From: an uncultured delta proteobacterium
GTDB taxonomy: Bacteria > Desulfobacterota > Binatia > Binatales > Binataceae
Assembly: GCA_963794325.1 (NCBI GenBank)
Contig: CAWCDG010000004.1
Coordinates: 1,504,001-1,568,000 of the forward strand
DNA: 64,000 bases
Direction of reading: 5' to 3'
A program made the position numbers and the translations under genes. The notes under the pieces are model-generated. The model did no database searches. It had not been told where the DNA came from and worked only from the letters and a program-made list of their open reading frames with translations. The stretch's first letter is position 1, and the number at the start of each line of letters is the position of its first letter. Shown one piece after another: positions 20,085 to 30,994 of the stretch.

Positions 20085-21418
20085 TGGCCAGGCTGCTCAT
20101 CGTTGACGACGAGCGGAATATCCGCCGCAGCCTTACGACCTTCTTCGAGTCGCTGGGCCACGAGGTTCGCGCCGCCGAGAGCGGGACGCAGGCGGTTGCG
20201 ATGCTGGCCGAGACGCAATTCGATCTCATTCTGACCGACTACAAGATGGCCGAGATGAGCGGCCTTGAATTGCTGCGCGAAATCAAGCGGCGCGCGCCCG
20301 AGTCCCTCGTGATCCTGATGACCGCTTACGCGACCGTCGAAAATGCGGTCGAAGCGATGAAGTCCGGCGCCTACGACTACGTCACCAAGCCGTTCTCGCT
20401 CGAGCAGATTCAGCACACCGTCGACAGAGCGCTGCATGTGGGGGTGCTGACCGCCGAAAATCGCGCTTTGCGCATCGCGATCGACGAGGAACCGCTGCTC
20501 GACTCGGAGAGTCCCGCGATGCAACGACTGCTCGAGACCGCCCGCCAAGCCGCGGCCAGCGACGCGACGATTCTGCTCACCGGCGAGAGCGGCACCGGCA
20601 AGAACGTGATCGCGCGGCAGATCCATCGCTGGAGCCGTCGTCAGAGCAAGCCGTTCGTCGTCGTCAATTGCACCACGCTCTCGGAAGAACTCCTCGAGAG
20701 CGAATTGTTCGGTCACATGCGCGGTGCGTTCACCGGCGCGGTCAAGGACAAGCCCGGCCGTCTCGAGGCGGCCAACGGTGGGAGCGTCTTTCTCGACGAG
20801 ATTGCCGACCTGACGCCGACCCTGCAGACCAAGTTTCTGCGCTTCCTGCAGGATCAGAACTTCGAGCGGGTCGGTGGCGAGCGCACGATTCACGTCGATG
20901 CGCGAATAATCGCGGCGTCGAATCGCGACCTCGAGTCCGAAGTCGGGGCCCATCATTTTCGCGAGGATCTCTACTATCGCCTGAACGTCATCACGTTACG
21001 CGTCCCTCCGCTGCGCGAACGCCGCGAAGATATTCTGCCGCTGGCGGAGTGGCTGCTGAACATCGCCGCCATCCGCAACTCGCATCCCGGCCTGGCATTT
21101 TCACCGGGAGCGACCGCCGCGCTGACGCGCTATCGATGGCCCGGAAACGTCCGCGAACTACGCAACGCGATCGAGCGCGGCACCGTCCTGATGCGTGGTG
21201 AGACGATCGCGCCAGACGACTTGCCCGATTCGCTGTTCCACGAAACGACCGAAGCAGCACTGGCCGGCATCCCCAACGCAGCCAGCCTCGACGAAGTAGA
21301 GCGCGAGCACATCGCGCGCGTCCTCGGCGCCAGCGCGACCCTCGAGGAAGCCGCCGAAACCCTCGGCATCAACGTAACAACCCTATGGCGCAAGCGCCGC
21401 CGCTACGGAATCGAATAG
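20084..21418 (+). CDS. Sigma54-dependent response regulator (NtrC/AtoC family)
   Basis: REC domain (LIVDD, TDYKM), GESGTGK, ESELFGH, GAFTGA, WPGNVREL and a C-terminal HTH; TGATG overlap with the kinase gene. Confidence 0.95.
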   Translation: MARLLIVDDERNIRRSLTTFFESLGHEVRAAESGTQAVAMLAETQFDLILTDYKMAEMSGLELLREIKRRAPESLVILMTAYATVENAVEAMKSGAYDYVTKPFSLEQIQHTVDRALHVGVLTAENRALRIAIDEEPLLDSESPAMQRLLETARQAAASDATILLTGESGTGKNVIARQIHRWSRRQSKPFVVVNCTTLSEELLESELFGHMRGAFTGAVKDKPGRLEAANGGSVFLDEIADLTPTLQTKFLRFLQDQNFERVGGERTIHVDARIIAASNRDLESEVGAHHFREDLYYRLNVITLRVPPLRERREDILPLAEWLLNIAAIRNSHPGLAFSPGATAALTRYRWPGNVRELRNAIERGTVLMRGETIAPDDLPDSLFHETTEAALAGIPNAASLDEVEREHIARVLGASATLEEAAETLGINVTTLWRKRRRYGIE

Positions 21419-21808
21419 TCACTCCGACTGTCCCCTCTCCACCACGCCCCCCCCGCGTCCGGTTCCCCTTCCCGCTCGGGAAGGGGTTAGGGGTTAGGTT
21501 CCCATTCGCTACGCGCACCGATGAAAGCTGTACCAGCAATCTTCACGCCGTGAGCCGTGGCATTACTCGTTTGCGGCTCGACTCTCTTGATAGGACCTCG
21601 TAGGGAGCAAAGAATCACCGGCTGAAGTCGGTGCCACTTCAGACAATCGCGCCGCAATGGTCCTCCACCCTAACCCTCCTCCCACGTTGGAGGAGGGAAT
21701 CAGAAAGTCAGGCAGGGATTTTTGCGGCACAGGCTTTAGCCTGTGATTTTTCTGGATAGGTTGTTTGGATCATTCGCAACGCCCGGCCACAGCTACGGAA
21801 TCGAATAG
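21402..21808 (+). repeat. 17-bp direct repeat GCTACGGAATCGAATAG (21402-21418 and 21792-21808) flanking a REP-rich spacer
   Basis: Exact copies 390 bp apart; the first copy is the last codons and stop of the response regulator. Confidence 0.8.
21458..21500 (-). repeat. REP-like repeat family A, copy 3 (inverted)
   Basis: TCCGGTTCCCCTTCCCGCTCGGGAAGGGGTTAGGGGTTAGGTT, the reverse complement of 834-876 with a different loop. Confidence 0.85.
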
Positions 21809-21812
21809 CTGC

Positions 21813-23012
21813 TCAGGCGATCACGCCGTACGTGCGCAGGCGTTTCAGGTCGTCTGCCGAGTAGCCGTGGGCGGCGAGGATTTCGTCGGTGTGCTCGCCT
21901 ACCAATGGCGGGCGCGTGATTTTCCCGGGCGTCGATTCCAGCTTGGCCGCCAACCCCGTCGTCAGATACTCGCCGAGTTCCGGATGCGGTAGTCGCAGTA
22001 GCATCTCGCGCGCCGCGGTCTGCGGATGCTTGAACATTTCCTCGATCGTGAGAATCGGGCCCGACGGGATTCCTTCGCGATTGAGTAATTGAATCCAATG
22101 CTCCGCGGGATGCGACGCCAGCGCGCGATTTATTTCTTCAGTCAGCGCGGCGCGATTTTTGATGCGGCGGCCGCTGCTCTTGAATCGATCGTCGCCGGCC
22201 AGTTCCGGACGGCCAATAACGCCGACGAAATTTTTCCACATCGCTTCGTTGCCGCACGCGATATTGAACGGCCGATCGGACGCTTTGAAAACGCCGTGCG
22301 GAGAAGATAGCGGATGATTGTTGCCGGCTGGTCCGGGCGTCTTGCCGGTCTCGAAATAAATTCCCGCCGACCAGGTCAGGATGCTGACGATGGATTCGAG
22401 CAGCGAGGTCTCGACCCGCTGGCCGCGGCCGTCGCGATGGCGCGCTTCGAGCGCGAGCAGGATGCCCTGCGCCGAGAAAATTCCGCCGAGCAGATCGCAT
22501 ATCGCGATGCCGACGCGGGTCGGGCCGCTCTCGACGGTGCCGGTCACACTCATCAGCCCCGACATTCCCTGCGCGATTTGGTCGAAGCCGGGGAAATCGC
22601 GCAGCGGTCCGGTCGATCCGAAGCCGGATATGGAGCAGGTGATGATGCGCGCGTTTCGCAGCGCGAGCGTTTCGTAATCGAGGCCGATCGCTTTCATCAC
22701 GCCGGGGCGGAAGTTGTCGACGACGACGTCGGCAGCGTCGATCAGTCGCATCAGGACTTCGCGGCCTTCGGGTTTTTTGATCGCGAGCCGGATACTTTTC
22801 TTCGATCGATTTGCGGACAGAAAGAAATAGCTGTCGTGCCGCTTGCCGTCTTCACTGCTGCCCAGCTCGCCGCGCGGATTTTCGACCGGCTCGATCTTGA
22901 GAATCTCCGCGCCGTAGTCGCCGAGGATTTGCGTGCAGAACGGCCCGGCAAGGTATCGCGTGAGATCGACGACTTTGATTCCCGCCAGCGGCGGCTGTTG
23001 CGTTTGCGCCAT
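21813..23012 (-). CDS. CoA-transferase family III (CaiB/BaiF)
   Basis: PLAGIKVVDL, AGPFCTQILGDYGAEILKIE, NRSKKS, NFRPG and GFDQIAQGMSG motifs. Confidence 0.94.
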   Translation of the reverse strand: MAQTQQPPLAGIKVVDLTRYLAGPFCTQILGDYGAEILKIEPVENPRGELGSSEDGKRHDSYFFLSANRSKKSIRLAIKKPEGREVLMRLIDAADVVVDNFRPGVMKAIGLDYETLALRNARIITCSISGFGSTGPLRDFPGFDQIAQGMSGLMSVTGTVESGPTRVGIAICDLLGGIFSAQGILLALEARHRDGRGQRVETSLLESIVSILTWSAGIYFETGKTPGPAGNNHPLSSPHGVFKASDRPFNIACGNEAMWKNFVGVIGRPELAGDDRFKSSGRRIKNRAALTEEINRALASHPAEHWIQLLNREGIPSGPILTIEEMFKHPQTAAREMLLRLPHPELGEYLTTGLAAKLESTPGKITRPPLVGEHTDEILAAHGYSADDLKRLRTYGVIA

Positions 23013-23233
23013 GAGCGTCAAGTTACTCGGTCCGAGTGAATTCGCTCAAGCTCTCCTCAAGGTTGTGGCCCCAGCGACAATAGGTGAGTCATTCTTGGGA
23101 GGCGTGGGCGCGGACGCCCGCGCGTCGATGGCGGGCACGGCGGCCCGCCCCACTATAAAAGCCCCCACTATAAGACTGTAAGCTCCTACTCATGCTAGGT
23201 GCGGTCGATGCCCGGTTGACAACAGCAATAACT

Positions 23234-23254
23234 AGATGGTAGTGATTATCATCT
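23234..23254. promoter_or_regulatory. Fur/Per-box-like inverted repeat (probable autoregulatory operator)
   Basis: AGATGGTA-GTGAT-TATCATCT immediately before the Fur-family ATG; TTGACA at 23216. Confidence 0.55.
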
Positions 23255-23259
23255 AAATT

Positions 23260-26008
<2,749 letters not shown>

Positions 26009-26016
26009 TCCCAGTG

Positions 26017-26050
26017 GAGCGGCGTTTCAAATTGTTTTGAGACGCCGCTC
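26017..26050 (+). terminator. Stem-loop after katG (terminator or mRNA stabiliser)
   Basis: GAGCGGCGTTTCAAA / TTTGAGACGCCGCTC 15-bp stem with one G-U pair. Confidence 0.55.
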
Positions 26051-26173
26051 TCACGCTTTGCCCTCATGATCCGCGGATCGCGTCAGGACTCAAACTGGCG
26101 GGACGATGTTTCTTAAATCGTTTCCAACGTAGAGATCCCGAATCGACGGAATTCGAAACGCGGAAGAAGGAAA

Positions 26174-26590
26174 ATGCCAAATCTTAAAGGAACCAAAACT
26201 CATCAGAACCTGAAGGACGCGTTCGCCGGCGAGAGCCAGGCTAACCGGCGCTATCTATATTTCGCCAAGATTGCCGACGTCGAAGGGCAGCTGGAAATCG
26301 CGGGGCTGTTTCGCGACACGGCGGAAGGCGAGACCGGGCACGCGCACGGGCATCTCGATTATCTTAAGTCGGCGGGCGATCCGGTGACCGATCAGCCGAT
26401 CGGCGATTCGATGCTTAACCTCAAATCCGCGGTACATGGCGAGACCTACGAGTACACCGACATGTACCCGGGAATGGCGAAGACTGCGCGCGAAGAAGGC
26501 TTCGCGGAAATCGCCGACTGGTTCGAGACACTCGCCAAGGCGGAGAAGTCGCACGCCGGGCGTTTCGCCAAGGCGCAGACCACGCTCTAG
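26174..26590 (+). CDS. Rubrerythrin (short type lacking the rubredoxin domain)
   Basis: [34 protein letters not shown] and EKSH di-iron ligands. Confidence 0.93.
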   Translation: MPNLKGTKTHQNLKDAFAGESQANRRYLYFAKIADVEGQLEIAGLFRDTAEGETGHAHGHLDYLKSAGDPVTDQPIGDSMLNLKSAVHGETYEYTDMYPGMAKTAREEGFAEIADWFETLAKAEKSHAGRFAKAQTTL

Positions 26591-26656
26591 CAGGAGTCGC
26601 GCGAGTACCATGCGGAGCGGGTGGGCCTCCTGGCCCGCGCGCGTTTTGGGAAATTG

Positions 26657-28000
26657 ATGGCTAAGCGAATCGAGTCCAGGCCGACCGACGGCCTCTCTTA
26701 TAATTCTACCGAGGCGAAGTATTGGGACCGGGCCGGGCTCGACAAGGAGGTCGAGCGCGTCTTCGACATCTGTCACGGCTGCCGCTTGTGTTTCAATCTT
26801 TGCCCGTCGTTTCCGGCGTTGTTCGACGCGGTAGATCGCAACGACGGCGAGGTGCGAGCGATGACGGCGGCCGAGAAGGAGCGCGTCATCGACTTGTGCT
26901 ACGGATGCAAGCTCTGCGAAATCAAATGTCCGTACACGCCGCATGACGGCCACGAATTCCAGCTCGATTTTCCACGACTGATTCTTCGCGCCAAGGCGAT
27001 CAACGCTAAAGAAAATGGCGTCGGGTTGCGCGAGCGCGTGCTGGCGCATCCTGACCAGATCGGCAAGCTGGGAGCGTTGAATCCGTCACTCGCAAACATG
27101 ATGTGCCGGCAGAAGTTTCAGCGGGTGGTGATGGAGAAGATGCTGGGGATTCATCGCGACAAGCTGTTGCCCGAATTTCCCGCCGAGACTTTCGACCAGT
27201 GGCTCAAGCGCAACCCACTGCCCCCGATTCCGGCTGAACCAACTGCCAAGGTCGCAGTTTTTCCGACCTGCTTCATCAATTACTACAATCCCGGGCCGGG
27301 CAAGGCAGCGGTCGAAGTGTTTGCCAAAAACGGATGCGCGGTGAAATGTCCGAAGCAGAATTGTTGCGGGATGCCGGCGCTCGACAGCGGCGACGTCGAG
27401 TTCGCGCGCAAGGAAGCGCGGGCGAACGTCGATTCGATGCTGCCGCTGGTGCGCCAGGGTTACAAAATCGCCGCGATCAATCCGACCTGTTCGCTCATGA
27501 TGCGGCTGGAGTATCCGAACCTGCTCCTAGGCAGCGACGTCAAGGAATTCGCGGCCGCCATCGTCGATTCGCACGAGTTGCTCGATCAACTTCGCCGCGC
27601 CGGAAAGTTCAACACGGAATTTCAATCGACCCCCGGCACTATCGCTTATCACGTGCCGTGTCATCTGAAGGCACAGGACATCGGGCTGCGCTCGCGCGAG
27701 CTGATGCGCCAGATTCCGGGCGTCCAGGTGACGACCGTCGATGCATGCACGGCGCATGACGGGACGTGGGCGATGAAAAAGGAATTCTTTGAGCTCTCGA
27801 TGAAGTCGGGCGAGAGGGCGTTCAGCGGGATGCGTGATGTGGGCGCGCGCGTGATGGCGACGGACTGTCCGCTGGCCGCCGTGCAAATCGAGCAGGCGAC
27901 GGGGGTGCGTCCGCTGCATCCGATCGAAGTGATCGCGCGCTCTTACCAGCGGGGCGGTTTTCCGGACGCGGTACCTCCGACCGTGCCACAAGGAGAATGA
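26657..28000 (+). CDS. Rubrerythrin-associated Fe-S oxidoreductase (GlpC/CCG-domain)
   Basis: CHGCRLCFNLC and CYGCKLCEIKC 4Fe-4S motifs, CCGMP, YHVPCH. Confidence 0.88.
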   Translation: MAKRIESRPTDGLSYNSTEAKYWDRAGLDKEVERVFDICHGCRLCFNLCPSFPALFDAVDRNDGEVRAMTAAEKERVIDLCYGCKLCEIKCPYTPHDGHEFQLDFPRLILRAKAINAKENGVGLRERVLAHPDQIGKLGALNPSLANMMCRQKFQRVVMEKMLGIHRDKLLPEFPAETFDQWLKRNPLPPIPAEPTAKVAVFPTCFINYYNPGPGKAAVEVFAKNGCAVKCPKQNCCGMPALDSGDVEFARKEARANVDSMLPLVRQGYKIAAINPTCSLMMRLEYPNLLLGSDVKEFAAAIVDSHELLDQLRRAGKFNTEFQSTPGTIAYHVPCHLKAQDIGLRSRELMRQIPGVQVTTVDACTAHDGTWAMKKEFFELSMKSGERAFSGMRDVGARVMATDCPLAAVQIEQATGVRPLHPIEVIARSYQRGGFPDAVPPTVPQGE

Positions 28001-28584
28001 CGATGAAGAAAATCGCGCCCGACGAAATACTTGCGCTGACCGATTACGAACGCGTGCGCGACCGGCTGCGGCCGTTGTTCATTCATGAGAAGGAGCGCCG
28101 CCGCCTGCATGTCGGGTCGCATCTCACGTTTATTTTCGAGAATCCGCAGACTGCGTGGTACCAGATCGAAGAAATGATCAGGACTGAAAAAATGACGGAT
28201 GGCGCCGCGATTCAGCACGAAATCGACACATACAACGAGTTGATCCCCGCCGAGGGCGAGCTGGCTGCGACGCTGTTGATCGAATACGCCGATCCGCGCG
28301 AGCGCGCCGCCGCGTTGACTCGCCTGGTTGGGCTCGAGCGGCATCTGTGGCTCAAGCTCGGTGAAAAAAGAATCGCGGCGAGATTAGACGATCGTCAGAT
28401 GTCTGATGAGAGAATCAGCGCGGTGCAGTTTGTCAGATTCAGCCTCGAGGGCGTCGATGCGACGCGGCTGATCGAACTCGCCAGCAAGGGCGAGCTGGCG
28501 GTCGAGGCGGATCATCCCAGCCTTGCGGCGCGCGGCGAGATAGCCGGCCTGCTCGCATCGTCGCTGGCCGAGGATCTGGGTTAG
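27997..28584 (+). CDS. DUF3501 family protein
   Basis: FEN...YQIEEMIRTE, YNELIP and SAVQFVRF motifs; canonical position after rubrerythrin and the Fe-S oxidoreductase. Confidence 0.88.
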   Translation: MTMKKIAPDEILALTDYERVRDRLRPLFIHEKERRRLHVGSHLTFIFENPQTAWYQIEEMIRTEKMTDGAAIQHEIDTYNELIPAEGELAATLLIEYADPRERAAALTRLVGLERHLWLKLGEKRIAARLDDRQMSDERISAVQFVRFSLEGVDATRLIELASKGELAVEADHPSLAARGEIAGLLASSLAEDLG

Positions 28585-28613
28585 CGGCGGCGCGAGTCAG
28601 GGGGCCCGAAACA

Positions 28614-28649
28614 CGAACGCCGAATCCGGAATTCCGGATTCGGCGTTCG
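28614..28649. terminator. Perfect 36-bp palindrome, probable bidirectional terminator
   Basis: CGAACGCCGAATCCGGAA|TTCCGGATTCGGCGTTCG between convergent genes. Confidence 0.7.
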
Positions 28650-28675
28650 CAGTTTTACAGTCTCGCGAGAGTCAG

Positions 28676-30331
28676 TTAGTTCGACAAAGCCGAGCTCGTA
28701 TCCCTGGAGGACGGGGAGAAATTGGGCAGGGCGATGTCGACCGGGAAGTTCAACTTGGTGTTTCTGCCCTGGACAATCAGCGTCGGTGCAATGTTGCCAC
28801 CTTCCTCATCGGAGCTGAAGTCGGTAAACATTTCGAACGAATTTTTTAGGTTGTTCACGACGTAGAGAGCCCCGGTTTCGTCGCTCACTGCGATGCCTTC
28901 GGGACGGCCCAATTTGGTGCTTCCACCCTTAATCGTCCCGAGCTGCGTGCCTTCGTAAAAGAAGGTCGGCGTGGTGACATCGAAATTCGTGAAGGGAGAG
29001 AAAACCTTAATACTGTTATCGCCTACGTCGGTCACGAAGATCACGTCATCATTGAAGTCGAAGTCAGAGCTAACTGCGATCTTTGCGGGGTCTTTGAACG
29101 TGCCTGGAGGTGTTGAGCCGCCCTCTCCCGGAGGACATAGCGGACACGATATCAAGCCGATGGCGGCGAAGGGGAATGCATCTCCATACGCGCCGGGCGG
29201 ATAGACGGTTACGAAGCCGGGGCCACCTGCAGCCACTCCAGCTTCGTTCACTACAAACAGGAAGCCAGATTCGTCAAATGCGGCGGCGACAGGGCCTAGC
29301 AGGAAAGTGAGGCATCCGCCGATAGTGGCGTTGTTGACACTGCCGATTGGGCAGTACGTCGGCGGCTCATCAAAGTCTGGCGGAATAGCGATGGCTGGAA
29401 GGGTACACACCGGATTATTGTTAAAAGGCGCGACATTGTCGTTGTAGCCCGGAGCGAGCGCCGCTCTATCAAACTCGGCAATCGTGCCGACGGTGAATCC
29501 GCCGAAAGCGGCACACGCGGCGCCACCATTGCTACCGTCAACGAGATCCGTGGTCGAAAAGAAGTTAACTGGCAGCGTGTTCGTAATCGCCACGATATCC
29601 CTGCCGGGATTAACGCCGTCGTACGGATCTTCAAATCCAGCGCCCTGGGCGGTGTTAACGCCCGAAGTATTGAATTCGCAGGTACCGGCCGCCGGCCCGG
29701 TGCAACACGGAAGGGGATCTTGGACGCCCACACAACCTGCGAATACGTTGTCCAACGTAACATTGCGCGTGCCGATAATGCTCTCCGGCGCCGAATTTCC
29801 AGTCGCACCCGGAGAGAAAATCTCGGCGAAACCCGTCCCAGGTCCACACACGCCAGTAGCTGGCCCGGTGCAACACGGCACAGGCGCGCCCGCGCCGGTA
29901 CAAGCAAGAGCGGATGGAAATCCGCCAAAACCCGTCAGGTCGATAAGATCGATCGGCACAGTAACCGCAAGGTGGTCGTCGAGCGAGCTCACCGCTACAC
30001 CGGCAGGTCCGGTTCCAGCACTTAGCAGCGTGTTGGTGCCTTTGACCCATAGGTAGGGGCCCGCTTTGGGTCCTGCGCCCGCTTTGAATGTCTCGAGGGT
30101 GCCCCCGAACGCGGAGCCGTTGTTCGTCACCGTGACTGCGTTGAGCGTCACCGGGCCGCTGCGATGATGCGCGTAGCTGGTGCCTGCTGTTCCCGCGAGC
30201 GCAGCAATTACGAACATCGCGACCACAACCGAAAACCGACGAGCGACCCCCATCAGCCTCAGCGCTTTTTTGGGCGCCAACGAAATCCCATCCCTACCCT
30301 GAGTCATCGTCTGCATCCTTCCATGCGTCAT
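28676..30331 (-). CDS. Secreted Cys-rich protein with NHL-like beta-propeller blades
   Basis: Signal peptide ending TSYA; blades PAGVAVS, PVAAAFD...LFVVN, PAKIAVS...IFVTD.GDNSIKVF, PEGIAVS...LYVVN and FPVDIAL. Start uncertain (30253-30379). Confidence 0.8.
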   Translation of the reverse strand: MTHGRMQTMTQGRDGISLAPKKALRLMGVARRFSVVVAMFVIAALAGTAGTSYAHHRSGPVTLNAVTVTNNGSAFGGTLETFKAGAGPKAGPYLWVKGTNTLLSAGTGPAGVAVSSLDDHLAVTVPIDLIDLTGFGGFPSALACTGAGAPVPCCTGPATGVCGPGTGFAEIFSPGATGNSAPESIIGTRNVTLDNVFAGCVGVQDPLPCCTGPAAGTCEFNTSGVNTAQGAGFEDPYDGVNPGRDIVAITNTLPVNFFSTTDLVDGSNGGAACAAFGGFTVGTIAEFDRAALAPGYNDNVAPFNNNPVCTLPAIAIPPDFDEPPTYCPIGSVNNATIGGCLTFLLGPVAAAFDESGFLFVVNEAGVAAGGPGFVTVYPPGAYGDAFPFAAIGLISCPLCPPGEGGSTPPGTFKDPAKIAVSSDFDFNDDVIFVTDVGDNSIKVFSPFTNFDVTTPTFFYEGTQLGTIKGGSTKLGRPEGIAVSDETGALYVVNNLKNSFEMFTDFSSDEEGGNIAPTLIVQGRNTKLNFPVDIALPNFSPSSRDTSSALSN

Positions 30332-30994
30332 GTTATCTAACCCCCGCCGAGGCGAATCGGAGCCCCGTCTGCTGACCAATCAGCCTAAAAAACCCCGCGA
30401 CCTTCAGGTTCGTTCTGTCCCCACGCAAAGAGTAACTAAAACCCCACCAAGGACCGGACGTCCTCCCAGACGCGCATTCGGTGGTCGTACCTACACTGAT
30501 CAGATGACAAATTCAAGTGCGACGTAATTCTTTGTTCATCAATCGCAACCGATTGCTCAAACGGGCATCAGTCTCATGAATCACATCCAATCGGGACGGA
30601 ACGTTATTCGTTTTCCTGCAACGATCGCAAGCGCGGCCATTTGCCAAAAGCTGGCCATTATCTCAGCGCCGATTTTTTAAGCATCAACAACTGAGGGCGG
30701 ATGCCCGGGCGAAGAATCGATTTGATCGCTCAGCAGCGCAGTGTGTGCACGCTCTGTCCCAAATTGAAAGACCGAGTCGCGATCTCGCCAACATCACAAT
30801 CTGCTTACGTCATTGTTGCAGGCATGTGACTGGCGCATGCACCCTTCTTGACAAGGTAGGCAGGGGAATGGTAGCTAAGCCGCGTTCGTAGGTTTCCTTG
30901 CGCGCGAATGGGGAATCAGAGTCTGACGCTTGCCTGACGAGGAATCAGGCGAGGAGTTCGACGTAACCACGAGGGCTCCAGCTTGGGGGTGTCT

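Noticed and set aside
14286-20956. Long antisense or alternate-frame ORFs (e.g. 14286..15596, 16888..18354, 19904..20956) and similar ones elsewhere
   Set aside because: Shadow ORFs of high-GC genes: they overlap well-supported genes and carry no recognisable motifs.
834-21500. Family A repeats as a CRISPR array or telomere
   Set aside because: Copies are kilobases apart and in both orientations, with no regular spacers or cas genes; only two TTAGGGG-like units, internal to the chromosome.
21385-21603. 72-aa ORF containing FPFPLGKGLGVR (similar peptide in ORF 257..913)
   Set aside because: The shared peptide is simply the translation of the family A repeat.
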